DNA of 64,000 bases, taken from positions 153,753 through 217,752 of the forward strand of contig CAWDOF010000025.1 of NCBI GenBank assembly GCA_963803715.1. Reading direction: 5' to 3'. The translations under genes and the position numbers were made by a program. A model generated the notes under the pieces. That model was not told where the DNA came from. It worked only from the letters and a program-made list of their open reading frames with translations, and did not search any database. Positions 1-10,065 of this stretch are shown here, in pieces (within the stretch, counting starts at the first letter, position 1; every line of letters begins with the position of its first letter). Source of the DNA: an uncultured Flavobacteriaceae bacterium (GTDB taxonomy: Bacteria > Bacteroidota > Bacteroidia > Flavobacteriales > Flavobacteriaceae).

Positions 1-159
1 TACAAAGCCACTTTCTGTAAAGGATTCGGTATTGAATAACTTATCGGTAGATTGCAAAAATGCCTTCAACTTTACAGCTTCAGGCTTTCTATAAGCTACA
101 AATGGGAGTTGCTGCTCCAAATGCATTTTTAATTGTCCAAAAAACTCATCTTGAATCAT
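1..159 (-). CDS. isochorismate synthase-like protein, N-terminal fragment (gene runs off the window start)
   Basis: Minus-strand ATG at 159..157 opens MIQDEFFGQLKMHLEQQLPFVAYRKPEAVKLKAFLQSTDKLFNTESFTESGFV, which stays open to position 1. It resembles N-termini of flavobacterial MenF-type enzymes. Its start overlaps the upstream stop as TAATG. Confidence 0.4.
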   Translation of the reverse strand, partial: MIQDEFFGQLKMHLEQQLPFVAYRKPEAVKLKAFLQSTDKLFNTESFTESGFV

Positions 160-587
160 TATTGCTTTTTCTTTGGAAGTGAAATGGTAGATAAACGGCA
201 GATGGAAACAAGATTGTCATCGTCATCTGTAATTCTAATGTCTAATAATTGGGTTGTTCTGCCCTTATGCAAAAAGGTAGCTTTAGCGTAAACATAACCC
301 TCGGAAACACTTTTGAGATGGTTGGCCGTGACTTCCAATCCGCGGACAAATTTGTTTTCAATATCCAAAAATATATGTGAAGCAAAACTCCCAACACTTT
401 CGGCCAAAGCTGCAGTTGCGCCTCCATGTAGAACCCCGTCGGGTTGATGTACCTTCGGGGTGACGGGCATTCTGGCAATTAGAAAATCCTCACCATAATC
501 GATGATTTGGATGTCTAAGGTTTCCATTAAGGTGTTTTTGCTTGCGGCATTGGCCTGCTTTAAAACAGCTTCTCTAGATAATTGCAT
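159..587 (-). CDS. hotdog-fold PaaI-family thioesterase (likely DHNA-CoA thioesterase of menaquinone synthesis)
   Basis: 142 aa ORF with the motif HQPDGVLHGGATAALAESVGS typical of PaaI/YbdB thioesterases. It is translationally coupled to the downstream isochorismate synthase-like gene. Confidence 0.75.
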   Translation of the reverse strand: MQLSREAVLKQANAASKNTLMETLDIQIIDYGEDFLIARMPVTPKVHQPDGVLHGGATAALAESVGSFASHIFLDIENKFVRGLEVTANHLKSVSEGYVYAKATFLHKGRTTQLLDIRITDDDDNLVSICRLSTISLPKKKQ

Positions 588-645
588 AGATTACGGTATT
601 TTTGGGTTGACATTATAAATTGTCAATTACAAAAATACGAAAAGC

Positions 646-1338
646 ATGAGCGAAATAAATTCCGTAGAAAAAGAAATTTCCTATAAAAGCACCAACTCCT
701 ACTCTACCTTAAATTCCAAAACAACAAAGACCAAATATGTTTGGTTTGTATGCCACGGGATGGGCTATTTAAGCAGGTATTTTCTAAAATATTTTAAAAA
801 CCTAAATCCTGAGGAGCATTATATCATTGCGCCACAGGCACAGAGTAAGTATTATATTCCACCAGGATTTAAACACGTTGGGGCAAGTTGGTTAACTCGG
901 GAAAACACCAAAATGGAAACTGAAAACGTAATGCGATACTTCGATTCTATATTTGAGACGGAAGGTATCTACCCTTCAGACCAGAAGGCCGGAGAAGAAA
1001 AAAAACTTATCGTGTTGGGATATTCCCAAGGAGTGAGCGTTGCTCTTCGTTATGTGGCAAAACGCCAATTAAAATGTGAACATTTGATTTTGCATTCTGG
1101 CGGAATTCCCGTAGAGCTCAAGGTCTCTGATTTAAATTTTTTCCGTGGAAAAACAACCCTTATCTATGGAAACCGGGATAAATATCTTACCGAAGAACGC
1201 GTCACTGAACAAACTAAATTAGCGCAAGATTTATTCGGCAAGGATTTAGAGATTATTGAATTTGAAGGCGTTCATGAGGTTAATGTTAGTTTTATTAATG
1301 GGCTGTTTCTCCCCAAATCACATAATGAGAAAAATTGA
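646..1338 (+). CDS. alpha/beta hydrolase (phospholipase/carboxylesterase family)
   Basis: 230 aa ORF with the GYSQG nucleophile elbow (GxSxG) and a size typical of this family. Confidence 0.7.
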   Translation: MSEINSVEKEISYKSTNSYSTLNSKTTKTKYVWFVCHGMGYLSRYFLKYFKNLNPEEHYIIAPQAQSKYYIPPGFKHVGASWLTRENTKMETENVMRYFDSIFETEGIYPSDQKAGEEKKLIVLGYSQGVSVALRYVAKRQLKCEHLILHSGGIPVELKVSDLNFFRGKTTLIYGNRDKYLTEERVTEQTKLAQDLFGKDLEIIEFEGVHEVNVSFINGLFLPKSHNEKN

Positions 1339-1450
1339 TTTTGATTATTTAGGGTAAAGTTTGAAATCTCCTCAAAATTTCTATCTCGACGGAAGACAAA
1401 AAACTGGTACTGTTTTTGAGATTCATAAAAAAATCTTAAAAAACAATCCG

Positions 1451-2011
1451 ATGAAAAACTCAAGACGTGATTACCCACAAGTCAATGCCGGTTCTATGGC
1501 AGACATTGCTTTTTTATTGCTCATTTTCTTTCTGGTCACCGCTGTGATACCAAAAGACAAAGGGATTAGTAGAAAATTACCCAGTATTTGTCCGCCAGGT
1601 CAAATTTGTGATGCAGACATCAAACAAAAGAATATTCTAGAAATTTATATTAATGCCGAAAACAAGTTACTCGTTGACGATGAAATTATTAAACTGGAAG
1701 ATTTAAAAACAAAAATTAGTGACTTTCTCGATAACAACGGCGATAGAAGTTGTAATTATTGTTCTGGAATTCAGTTAGAAACTTCATCTGATAACCCCAA
1801 AAAAGCCGTAATTTCCTTGAAAAACGACCTGAATACGACTTATGAATTTTACATAAAGATTCAGGACGAAATCACAAAGGCGTACTTTGATCTGAGACGT
1901 GCTTATGCTGAAAGGGAATTTGGCAAAGTTTCAAGTGAACTGACCAAAGAAGAATTGCAAATTGTGAGGGATGCTTACCCTTTTAAACTTTCGGAAGCTG
2001 AGATAAAATAA
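1451..2011 (+). CDS. exbD: ExbD/TolR family biopolymer transporter
   Basis: Internal ATG gives MKNSRRDYPQVNAGSMADIAFLLLIFFLVTA, the canonical ExbD N-terminus plus TM helix. The longer ORF starting at 1361 is probably not used. Confidence 0.7.
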   Translation: MKNSRRDYPQVNAGSMADIAFLLLIFFLVTAVIPKDKGISRKLPSICPPGQICDADIKQKNILEIYINAENKLLVDDEIIKLEDLKTKISDFLDNNGDRSCNYCSGIQLETSSDNPKKAVISLKNDLNTTYEFYIKIQDEITKAYFDLRRAYAEREFGKVSSELTKEELQIVRDAYPFKLSEAEIK

Positions 2012-2017
2012 ACGCTT

Positions 2018-2041
2018 GTTCTAAATGAACATTTTTTTTTA
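2018..2041 (+). terminator. weak hairpin plus T10 run downstream of exbD
   Basis: gttc-taaat-gaac followed by ten T residues. Confidence 0.35.
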
Positions 2042-2144
2042 CAACGAATTAAGTTATGAATTCTAATAGATATTAGCCCCAGATTTGGTTTTGATTTTTG
2101 AAATTTAAATTCAATACTTGTAAACAGATCCACAAGAAACTTTT

Positions 2145-2555
2145 TTATTCTATCGAATCCTTTTCAACCGGCACCCGATAACTAATTGTTACTTTACGTT
2201 TACCCCATTCTCGTGCGGCTTCCACATCTTCACCCATGTAAATATCAATCTTATCCTTAAAGCGCCTGTTCATTTTGTCCTTTACCAAATACGTGCCTTT
2301 CATGCCTTCTATTTTGACCATGGTATTGTGCTCAAAACCTTCATTGAGAAGGTTTCTTGAAACGGCAATACATTGCATGCCTGGCTTTAAGCTATCACCA
2401 AATGCCGTGATGCTTGGATTGGAATTGGTTTGGTAAGCTAAGGAGTTAAACGCAGTTGCCGTTACTTTTTTGGTCCTCCATTCGTAGGCCTGGCCTTCAT
2501 CTTTACAGTTTAAGACTAACAGAAATAAGAATGAAGAGGCTACGTATTTTATCAA
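2145..2555 (-). CDS. 3D domain-containing protein (MltA/RlpA-like fold)
   Basis: 136 aa with a signal peptide. ATAFNSL..QTNSNPSITAFGDSLKPGM..IAVSRNLL..KDKMNRRFKDKIDIYMG matches the 3D-domain pattern. Confidence 0.6.
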   Translation of the reverse strand: MIKYVASSFLFLLVLNCKDEGQAYEWRTKKVTATAFNSLAYQTNSNPSITAFGDSLKPGMQCIAVSRNLLNEGFEHNTMVKIEGMKGTYLVKDKMNRRFKDKIDIYMGEDVEAAREWGKRKVTISYRVPVEKDSIE

Positions 2556-4552
2556 TACTCTATTAACTTTAAAAGTTCATTTTCAAAATTTCCCTTAGCT
2601 AAATACTGGTCTTCCAATTGATTGATAAATGGAATTGGTGTGTCCATACTGGCTACACGTTTTACTGGCGCGTCCAAATACTCGAAACAATGCTCCATAA
2701 TCAATGCTGAAATATCACTGGCAACGCCACCAAAAAGCGAATCCTCTTGAAGAATGATGGCTTTACCGGTTTTCTTCACGGAATTGAATATCGCTTCGGT
2801 ATCCAATGGCTGAAGGGTTCGCAAATCCAATACATCTGCCGAAATTTGACTTTGGGCTTCTAAAGTCTCTAAAGCCCAATGCACACCAGCTCCGTAAGTA
2901 ATAATCGATACATCTTTACCTTCAGAAATAAGTGATGCCTTACCAAAAGGTAAGGTAAAATAATCTGTAGGTACATCTTGCCGAATGCTTCTATACAAAG
3001 CCTTATGCTCAAAAAATAGAACCGGATTTGGGTCTTCTATGGCCGTTGCCAAAAGCCCCTTTGCGTCATAGGGAAATGCTGGGTAAACTACTTTTAAACC
3101 AGGCGTTTTGGTGAACCAAGCCTCATTGGTTTGCGAGTGAAAAGGCCCGGCTGCAACGCCACCACCGCAGGGCATCCTAATCACAACGTCGGCTTCCTGG
3201 CCCCATCTGTAATACGACTTTGCCAAATAATTAACTATCGGATTAAAACCTGAGCTGGCAAAGTCGGCAAATTGCATTTCGACCACACTTTTCATCCCGG
3301 CAATAGATAAACCCATCGCAGCTTCAACAATAGCTGACTCACAAATAGGCGTATTTCTAACGCGATCTTTCCCAAACTGCTCAACAAATCCTTCGGTTAT
3401 CTTAAATACCCCGCCATATTCTGAAATATCCTGACCCATAATTACCAAGTCATCATGTTGTTCCATTGCCTGTTTCAGTCCTTCGGAAATGGCATCGATA
3501 AGCCTTATGTTTTCCGTAGAACTTTTAGATGCAATAGCTTTGTATTCAAATGTTTTATAAACATCATCTAACTCAATACTTCTATCTGGAACAATTGTGT
3601 TTTCGTTATTCGCTAATTGCAAATGCTCGTTGATTTCTTCAGAAAATTCAGCCTTTAATTCTCGGTCTAAGTCTTTGGTCAAGACACCTTGCTCCAATAA
3701 GTAATGTTCAAAATTTTCGACAGGGTCTTTTTTGGCCCATTCGTCCATTAATTCATCTGGGACATATTTCGTGCCGCTCGCCTCTTCATGCCCGCGCATT
3801 CTAAAAGTTTTGAATTCTAATAAAATGGGTCTTGGTTGTTGACGGATGCTTTCAGTAAGATCTGTCATTTTTAAGTACACTTCAAGAATATTATTGCCAT
3901 CTATAATATGAGACTCCATCCCATACCCTTTGGCTCGGTCTGAAAGATGTTCGCAGTTATATTGTTCATTAGTTGGCGTAGAAAGTGCGTACCCATTATT
4001 TTCAATACAAAACAAAACGGGCAGTTGCCAAACGGAAGCAACATTTAAGGCTTCGTGAAAATCACCTTCACTAGTGCCTCCCTCTCCTGTAAATACAGCC
4101 GTGACCTTGTTGTTTTTTTTCAAAAGATTTGCTAGAGCAATACCATCGGCAACCCCCAATTGCGGGCCTAAATGTGATATCATCCCAACAATGTGATAGT
4201 CTTGCGTACCAAAATGAAAGGAGCGATCACGTCCCTTTGTAAAGCCACTAGCTTTACCCTGCCATTGTGCAAACAATCGGTAGAGCGGAATTTCGCGAGT
4301 GGTAAACACTCCCAAATTACGGTGCATGGGCAGGATGTATTCTTCCGCATGCATCGCCATGGTCACACCAACGGAAATTGCCTCTTGCCCCATTCCGGAG
4401 AACCATTTTGAAATTTTACCCTGTCTCAATAGAATAAGCATCTTCTGCTCTATCATTCGGGGCTTGAGCATGCGCTCGTATAGTCTTAAGAGCGTTTGGT
4501 CATCAAGATGTTTCTTTTCAAAAGCAATCGCACTTTTTGGGAAGGTCAACAT
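2552..4552 (-). CDS. fused E1 alpha/beta component of a 2-oxoacid (branched-chain/pyruvate type) dehydrogenase, TPP-dependent
   Basis: 666 aa. The N-terminal half is E1-alpha-like (GEGGTSEGDFHEALN) and the C-terminal half is E1-beta/transketolase-like (IRMPCGGGVAAGPFHSQ). Confidence 0.85.
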   Translation of the reverse strand: MLTFPKSAIAFEKKHLDDQTLLRLYERMLKPRMIEQKMLILLRQGKISKWFSGMGQEAISVGVTMAMHAEEYILPMHRNLGVFTTREIPLYRLFAQWQGKASGFTKGRDRSFHFGTQDYHIVGMISHLGPQLGVADGIALANLLKKNNKVTAVFTGEGGTSEGDFHEALNVASVWQLPVLFCIENNGYALSTPTNEQYNCEHLSDRAKGYGMESHIIDGNNILEVYLKMTDLTESIRQQPRPILLEFKTFRMRGHEEASGTKYVPDELMDEWAKKDPVENFEHYLLEQGVLTKDLDRELKAEFSEEINEHLQLANNENTIVPDRSIELDDVYKTFEYKAIASKSSTENIRLIDAISEGLKQAMEQHDDLVIMGQDISEYGGVFKITEGFVEQFGKDRVRNTPICESAIVEAAMGLSIAGMKSVVEMQFADFASSGFNPIVNYLAKSYYRWGQEADVVIRMPCGGGVAAGPFHSQTNEAWFTKTPGLKVVYPAFPYDAKGLLATAIEDPNPVLFFEHKALYRSIRQDVPTDYFTLPFGKASLISEGKDVSIITYGAGVHWALETLEAQSQISADVLDLRTLQPLDTEAIFNSVKKTGKAIILQEDSLFGGVASDISALIMEHCFEYLDAPVKRVASMDTPIPFINQLEDQYLAKGNFENELLKLIEY

Positions 4553-4701
4553 AAATACTACTTACTGTTAGTTCCTCAAATGTAATTAAAATTTGAGGTA
4601 TTTGAATGATGCGGTCTGTTTTTCTGAATTTGAATCTGCTATGAAATCATCAGTATTTTCGCTATTTTTGTTTAGATTCGTTAATTAATCTTTACTATAA
4701 A

Positions 4702-5649
4702 ATGAATAGCATACCCAGCGTTAATCTTCAGGATTTTCTTTCTGATGATACCAAAAAGAAACAGCAATTTATTAAAGAACTTGGCAAAGCCTATGAGGAA
4801 ATTGGATTTGTAGCCTTAAAAGGTCACTTTCTAAACGATGCTTTGGTCGATAATCTTTATAAGCAGGTCAAGAAATTTTTTGATCTTCCCGTGGAGACCA
4901 AGCGTAAGTATGAAATTGAGGGTATTGGTGGTCAACGTGGTTATGTATCCTTCGGAAAGGAAAGTGCTAAAGGCAAGAAAGAAGGAGATTTGAAAGAATT
5001 TTGGCACTTTGGGCAGTATGTAGATGATGATCCAAAACGTGCGGCAGAATATCCCGAAAATGTTTATGTCTCCGAAGTTTCAGAATTTAATGCTATTGGA
5101 AAGGAAACGTACCAAATGCTCGAAAAAACAGCAAAGTTTGTTTTGAGGGCACTTGCTCTTTATCTGGAATTGGACGAAACTTATTTTGATGGATTTATAC
5201 ACAACGGAAATTCTATTCTCAGACCAATTCACTATCCACCAATTCTATCTGAGCCTGACAATGCTGTGCGGGCGGCAGCTCACGGCGATATAAATCTAAT
5301 AACATTGTTGATGGGTGCCCAAGGTCGTGGGCTTCAGGTTCAAAACCATAAAGGCGAATGGCTTGATGCCATTGCAGCACCAGATGAATTAATGATAAAT
5401 GTTGGGGATATGCTATCAAGACATACTAACAACAAATTAAAATCTACAATTCACCGTGTTGTCAATCCACCCCGGGAACTTTGGGGAACATCGCGATATT
5501 CAATCCCATTTTTTATGCATCCCATTAGCGAAATGAAGCTGGATGTATTGGACAGTTGTATTGATGAGGATAATCCAAAACTTTATTCTGATATTACGGC
5601 GGGACAATTTTTAGACGAACGATTAATTGAACTTGGGCTAAAGAAATAA
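4702..5649 (+). CDS. 2OG-Fe(II) oxygenase (isopenicillin N synthase family)
   Basis: 315 aa with the HxD..H facial triad (AAHGDINL, TIHRV) and RxS (RYSIPFF). Confidence 0.85.
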   Translation: MNSIPSVNLQDFLSDDTKKKQQFIKELGKAYEEIGFVALKGHFLNDALVDNLYKQVKKFFDLPVETKRKYEIEGIGGQRGYVSFGKESAKGKKEGDLKEFWHFGQYVDDDPKRAAEYPENVYVSEVSEFNAIGKETYQMLEKTAKFVLRALALYLELDETYFDGFIHNGNSILRPIHYPPILSEPDNAVRAAAHGDINLITLLMGAQGRGLQVQNHKGEWLDAIAAPDELMINVGDMLSRHTNNKLKSTIHRVVNPPRELWGTSRYSIPFFMHPISEMKLDVLDSCIDEDNPKLYSDITAGQFLDERLIELGLKK

Positions 5650-5831
5650 GTCTGCAGTTGGCAGTCTTCCGTCTCCAGTTACTATCTTATTTCAATTAGG
5701 TTGCACATTAAAATCAAAATCAATCTCGCGCAATCCTAAAAATTATGAGGTGTAAAAATTAAATTTAATAGTCTCAATTCCATTTTCTTAAACAATAAAT
5801 ACCGAAAGCTTAATACTGAACACTTAAAATC

Positions 5832-6164
5832 ATGGATTTAAAAGACCAACTTAAAAATCTATTCCCCGAACATGAACCGGAGGATGTTTCCGAAGAAAAA
5901 AAAGAAGATAAAAATGGAATTTGGCTTCAGGATGACCCGATTATCTGTAAATATGAGAAACGCAAGGGCAAACCCATAACAATCTTAGAAGGGTACACAG
6001 GTGCTGACGAAGATTTTAAGTTATTGGCAAAAGAACTCAAACAGAAATTGAGTGTTGGCGGAAGTTATAAAAACGAAAAAATAATCATTCAGGGCGATTT
6101 TAGAAAACAGATTATGGCCTTATTAAAGGAAAAAGGTTTTAACGTAAAACGTGTTGGTGGATAA
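5832..6164 (+). CDS. yciH: SUI1/YciH family translation initiation factor
   Basis: 110 aa with the SUI1 core ILEGYTG..LAKELKQKLSVGGSYKNEKIIIQGDFR. Confidence 0.85.
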   Translation: MDLKDQLKNLFPEHEPEDVSEEKKEDKNGIWLQDDPIICKYEKRKGKPITILEGYTGADEDFKLLAKELKQKLSVGGSYKNEKIIIQGDFRKQIMALLKEKGFNVKRVGG

Positions 6165-7102
6165 TGAATAAAACACTGCATATTACCAACGGGCAAAATC
6201 TCACAGATATTCTTGAAGAATTAAAGTATGAGGGAGAAATACTGACCTGGCACGAAATGCTCTGCGAGGGTCCTACCATTGCTAGCATAGATTCTGAAGA
6301 ATTTATTATTGTGAGAAAAGACTTCTTAAAAAAATTCTACAATATCGAGCTAGATGTAAATATATTTAAAAAGGAAATCAAAAAATTGAACGATGATGAT
6401 GGCTACACCGAAATAGTCCTCTGGTTTGAATACGATTTATTTTGTCATATAAACTTGATTGCCGTAATGAGCCTTATTCATCAAAGGGAAATAAAACTAC
6501 CGCTCTATTTGGTTTGTAGCGGAAGAGTTGAAGGTGAGAAAGAACTTCAGGGCTTATCAGAAATCAGCAAAAACCAATTGAACAAGCATTACAAGAATAA
6601 AATCAAGCTAAATGATGATGATCGGGATTTGGCAATCTCACTATGGCGCACCTACTGCGGAAAAGATCACAATATGTTTAAACCATATATTGTGAAAAAT
6701 TCATCTTTCAGGTATATGAGCAACTGTTTAAAGGCGCACTTAAAACGGTTTCCAGATTCAAAATGTGGGATGGGAGTTATTGAGCGTAATATTCTGGAGA
6801 TTGTAAAATCAAAAGACATAAAATCTAAGCATCATTTATTAGGCTATATTTTAAATTACCAAGGCTACTATGGCTATGGTGATCTACAATTAAAAAGACA
6901 AATCGAGAAATTAGCCTTATTTTTTGATGAAAACAAAGACAGCTTAACACTTAATAGATTAGGCTATGATGCGCTTTCAGGCACTGATAATTATTCCAGA
7001 AAAATCAATAATGATATGACCTACGGCGGTATTAATAGAATGGATTATCAATTTAGCATCACAGAAAATAAACTAATTAACGCCCCATTGAATGCCAATT
7101 AA
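6164..7102 (+). CDS. DUF1835 domain-containing protein
   Basis: 312 aa with the N-terminus MNKTLHITNGQNLTDIL typical of DUF1835. Its start overlaps the yciH stop (TAATG). Confidence 0.55.
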   Translation: MNKTLHITNGQNLTDILEELKYEGEILTWHEMLCEGPTIASIDSEEFIIVRKDFLKKFYNIELDVNIFKKEIKKLNDDDGYTEIVLWFEYDLFCHINLIAVMSLIHQREIKLPLYLVCSGRVEGEKELQGLSEISKNQLNKHYKNKIKLNDDDRDLAISLWRTYCGKDHNMFKPYIVKNSSFRYMSNCLKAHLKRFPDSKCGMGVIERNILEIVKSKDIKSKHHLLGYILNYQGYYGYGDLQLKRQIEKLALFFDENKDSLTLNRLGYDALSGTDNYSRKINNDMTYGGINRMDYQFSITENKLINAPLNAN

Positions 7103-7967
7103 AGACAGTGAACTTATTTTGAATCCTGATGGTAGTGTTTACCATCTCAACCTAAAGCCAGAACATATTGCCAACACAATAATCACAGTTGGAGATCCAG
7201 CTCGGGTTAGTGCCGTTACATCTCATTTTGATTCGATTGAATTCAAGATTCAAAAACGGGAATTCCATACCCAGACAGGAATATTTCAGGGAAAACGACT
7301 TACGGTTATTTCCACAGGAATAGGTACCGACAATATTGATATTGTGCTCAACGAACTTGACGCCTTGGTAAACATCGACTTGGAAAAAAGGGAAATTAAA
7401 CCAAAATTAACGTCATTGAACCTCATTAGGATAGGAACTTCTGGCTCAATACAAAGTGAATTTCCGGTAGGTTCTTTTATCTTAAGCGAGTTAGCAGTTG
7501 GCTTTGATAGTTTAATGCATTTTTATGATAGTGAACGTTATTTAGATATTGATTTTTCTGAAGCAATAAAACGGCATACAAAATGGTCAAAAGAAAAATC
7601 GGATCCTTACGTGGTAAATGGTAGCTCGAAACTTATAGAACATTTCAAAGGCAATAACTCACACCTTGGTATCACAGCAACAAATGTTGGTTTTTACGGG
7701 CCTCAGGGTCGAGTATTAAGACTAAATTTGCAAGACATAAATTTGAATGATAGTTTAGCAAGTTTTAATTATAATGGCAAAACTATTACAAATCTTGAAA
7801 TGGAAACCGCTGGTATTTACGGACTATCCCTTTTATTGGGCCACAATGCCTTGTCTCTAAATGCCATAATCGCTAACAGAGCAACGGGAGATTTTAGCCA
7901 AAATCCACAAGCCGTTATAGACGATTTGATTTCATATACTTTGAATAAAATCGTAACTTTAAAATAG
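7092..7967 (+). CDS. nucleoside phosphorylase (PNP/UDP family)
   Basis: 291 aa with motifs ITVGDPARV, ISTGIGTDNIDIV, IRIGTSGS and EMETAG. Confidence 0.75.
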   Translation: MPIKDSELILNPDGSVYHLNLKPEHIANTIITVGDPARVSAVTSHFDSIEFKIQKREFHTQTGIFQGKRLTVISTGIGTDNIDIVLNELDALVNIDLEKREIKPKLTSLNLIRIGTSGSIQSEFPVGSFILSELAVGFDSLMHFYDSERYLDIDFSEAIKRHTKWSKEKSDPYVVNGSSKLIEHFKGNNSHLGITATNVGFYGPQGRVLRLNLQDINLNDSLASFNYNGKTITNLEMETAGIYGLSLLLGHNALSLNAIIANRATGDFSQNPQAVIDDLISYTLNKIVTLK

Positions 7968-8055
7968 AAATCTGCTCGTATAATCGAGAATCAAATGAAA
8001 AATCCCGTTCCCAGCCTGTGCTAAGCACATCAAAGTAGAAAGGGTTAGTTATAGA

Positions 8056-8910
8056 ATGAAAAAAATAAAAATTGGAGGCGTTCCTGAACATTTTAACCTT
8101 GCCTGGTATTTAAGCCTGAAAAGCGGAGCCTATAAAAATGCGAACATCAATTTGAGATGGAAAGATTATTTTGGGGGCACAGGGCAAATGAACAAGGCTT
8201 TAAGAGATGGCGAAATTGACATGGCCGTAATTTTAGCTGAAGGCATAATTAAAGACATAATAGATGGCAATCCCAGTAAAATAGTCCAGAACTTTGTATC
8301 ATCACCCTTAATTTGGGGAATTCATGTGGCAGCAGATTCTAATTATAAAAAAGTCTCCGACTTAAAAGGAAAAAAAGCTGCAATTAGTAGATATGGCTCT
8401 GGTTCTCATTTAATGGCGTACATCAATGCTCAAAAAGAAGGCTGGAATTTAGAAACTGATTTGAAATTTGAAGTTATTAAAGATTTAGAAGGAGCAATAA
8501 ACGGTTTGACCAATGGAGATGCCGATTACTTTATGTGGGAAAAATTCACCACTAAACCAATTGTTGATCAGGGTGTATTCAAAAGAATTGGAAATTGCCC
8601 AACGCCATGGCCGTGTTTTGTAATCGCTGTAAGAAACGAAGTGCTTGAAAATGAGCCAGAAACCATTGGCGCAATTTTAAATATCATCAATGAAACTACC
8701 TCAAATTTCAAAAATATTCCCGATATTGACGAAACAATCTCAAAACGTTACTTACAAAAAATAGAAGATGTACGCGAATGGCTTTCAATAACTGAATGGT
8801 CCCAAGAGTTAACTTCTAAACAAACTGTTGACACTATTCAAGAAAAACTCTATCAATTGGAGATTATTTCTAGAAAAGCGAAATATAAGGACCTTGTTTT
8901 TAAAGTTTGA
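8056..8910 (+). CDS. periplasmic substrate-binding-like protein (NMT1/THI5-like fold)
   Basis: 284 aa with general similarity to SsuA/NMT1-type binding proteins (GGVPEHFNLAW, ISRYGSGSHLMAY). No adjacent permease gene. Confidence 0.45.
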   Translation: MKKIKIGGVPEHFNLAWYLSLKSGAYKNANINLRWKDYFGGTGQMNKALRDGEIDMAVILAEGIIKDIIDGNPSKIVQNFVSSPLIWGIHVAADSNYKKVSDLKGKKAAISRYGSGSHLMAYINAQKEGWNLETDLKFEVIKDLEGAINGLTNGDADYFMWEKFTTKPIVDQGVFKRIGNCPTPWPCFVIAVRNEVLENEPETIGAILNIINETTSNFKNIPDIDETISKRYLQKIEDVREWLSITEWSQELTSKQTVDTIQEKLYQLEIISRKAKYKDLVFKV

Positions 8911-9065
8911 TTTTGCATCTTATTGAAGATTTAGTAATAAGCAAATGGTTATCACATCAAAATATGTTAATTTTTTAACAGATGTAGGTCAAAACTTTCT
9001 ATTTAACAATAATTTATTTATTTTTGTTTAACAAAATTGATGATATTTTTAATAATTAAAAGACT

Positions 9066-9254
9066 ATGATAATAACCATAACCTTTATTTTATCAGCACT
9101 AGTTGCCCTCAACTTTCTTCTTTTAATATTTAGTTGTAATAAAAATTCAAAATCCAAAAATATACCCGTCAAAACTTCATTAAGCAAAGTCCAAAAAACA
9201 GAAGCTGTCGAAAAACAAATTACTTCCACTCAATTAGCGGCAACAGGAAGTTAA
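9066..9254 (+). CDS. small hypothetical membrane protein
   Basis: 62 aa ORF with one N-terminal TM helix. No recognisable family. Confidence 0.25.
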   Translation: MIITITFILSALVALNFLLLIFSCNKNSKSKNIPVKTSLSKVQKTEAVEKQITSTQLAATGS

Positions 9255-9265
9255 AATTTCCTTCT

Positions 9266-9931
9266 TTACCAAGTTATAGTATCTAGTCCCGATTTTTCTA
9301 AAATTTCATTTGTTTTACTGAAATGTTTATTATCAAACCAATAACCTCTATTCGCACTTAATGGAGATGGGTGGCCAGATGTGAGTACATGATGTTTGTT
9401 TAAATCTATCAGTTTTGCCTTTTTCTTCGCAAATCCTCCCCAAAGTAAAAATACAACACCCTGCTTATTATTACTTACAGTTTTAATAACGGCATCGGTA
9501 AAAACTTCCCATCCTCTATTTTGGTGACTACCAGCTTGATGAGCCCTTACTGTGAGTGTTGCATTTAATAATAAAACGCCTTGCTTGGCCCACCGCTCAA
9601 GATTTCCAGATTTCGGGTAGGGAGAACCTAAATCAGTTTGAATCTCCTTAAAGATATTTATTAAAGACGGCGGATGCGCAATGCCATCGTTCACAGAGAA
9701 ACATAGTCCGTTAGCTTGTTGATTGCCATGGTAGGGGTCTTGTCCAATTATCACAACTTTTACGTCATCAAATGCACAGTTATCAAAAGCAGAAAATATT
9801 TGATGACCTGGGGGGAAACATTTTTGTTGTTTATACTCTGCTCTCACAAATTCCATTAAGTCCTTAAAATAGGGCTTATCAAACTCTTCCTTTAGCTTAC
9901 TTTTCCAACTTGATTCTATTTTGATGCTCAT
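9266..9931 (-). CDS. ung: uracil-DNA glycosylase
   Basis: 221 aa with the family-1 UDG motifs GQDPYH and HPSPLS. Confidence 0.95.
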   Translation of the reverse strand: MSIKIESSWKSKLKEEFDKPYFKDLMEFVRAEYKQQKCFPPGHQIFSAFDNCAFDDVKVVIIGQDPYHGNQQANGLCFSVNDGIAHPPSLINIFKEIQTDLGSPYPKSGNLERWAKQGVLLLNATLTVRAHQAGSHQNRGWEVFTDAVIKTVSNNKQGVVFLLWGGFAKKKAKLIDLNKHHVLTSGHPSPLSANRGYWFDNKHFSKTNEILEKSGLDTITW

Positions 9932-10065
9932 GTGTAATAATGCTTAGATTTTGGCTTTTACAATTATCTAAAAAATAATCGACAGCCCGCAATTTGGGAA
10001 TCATTTTCTTTCTATTACATTAATAAGTATCTTTGTAATTCCACCTAATTTCTGGGATATTATCC

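Noticed and set aside
5655-5668. Shared 11-mer GACTGCCAACT (reverse strand at about 5655, forward at about 54624), both in GC-richer patches after stop codons
   Set aside because: Repeated 11-mers are expected many times by chance in 64 kb on two strands, and there is no extended similarity around them.
7968-8055. Possible TPP riboswitch upstream of the NMT1/THI5-like gene
   Set aside because: The 88-nt leader lacks the conserved CUGAGA and ACCUGAUCUGGAUAAUGCCAGCG-type elements. It has only a 5-bp hairpin.
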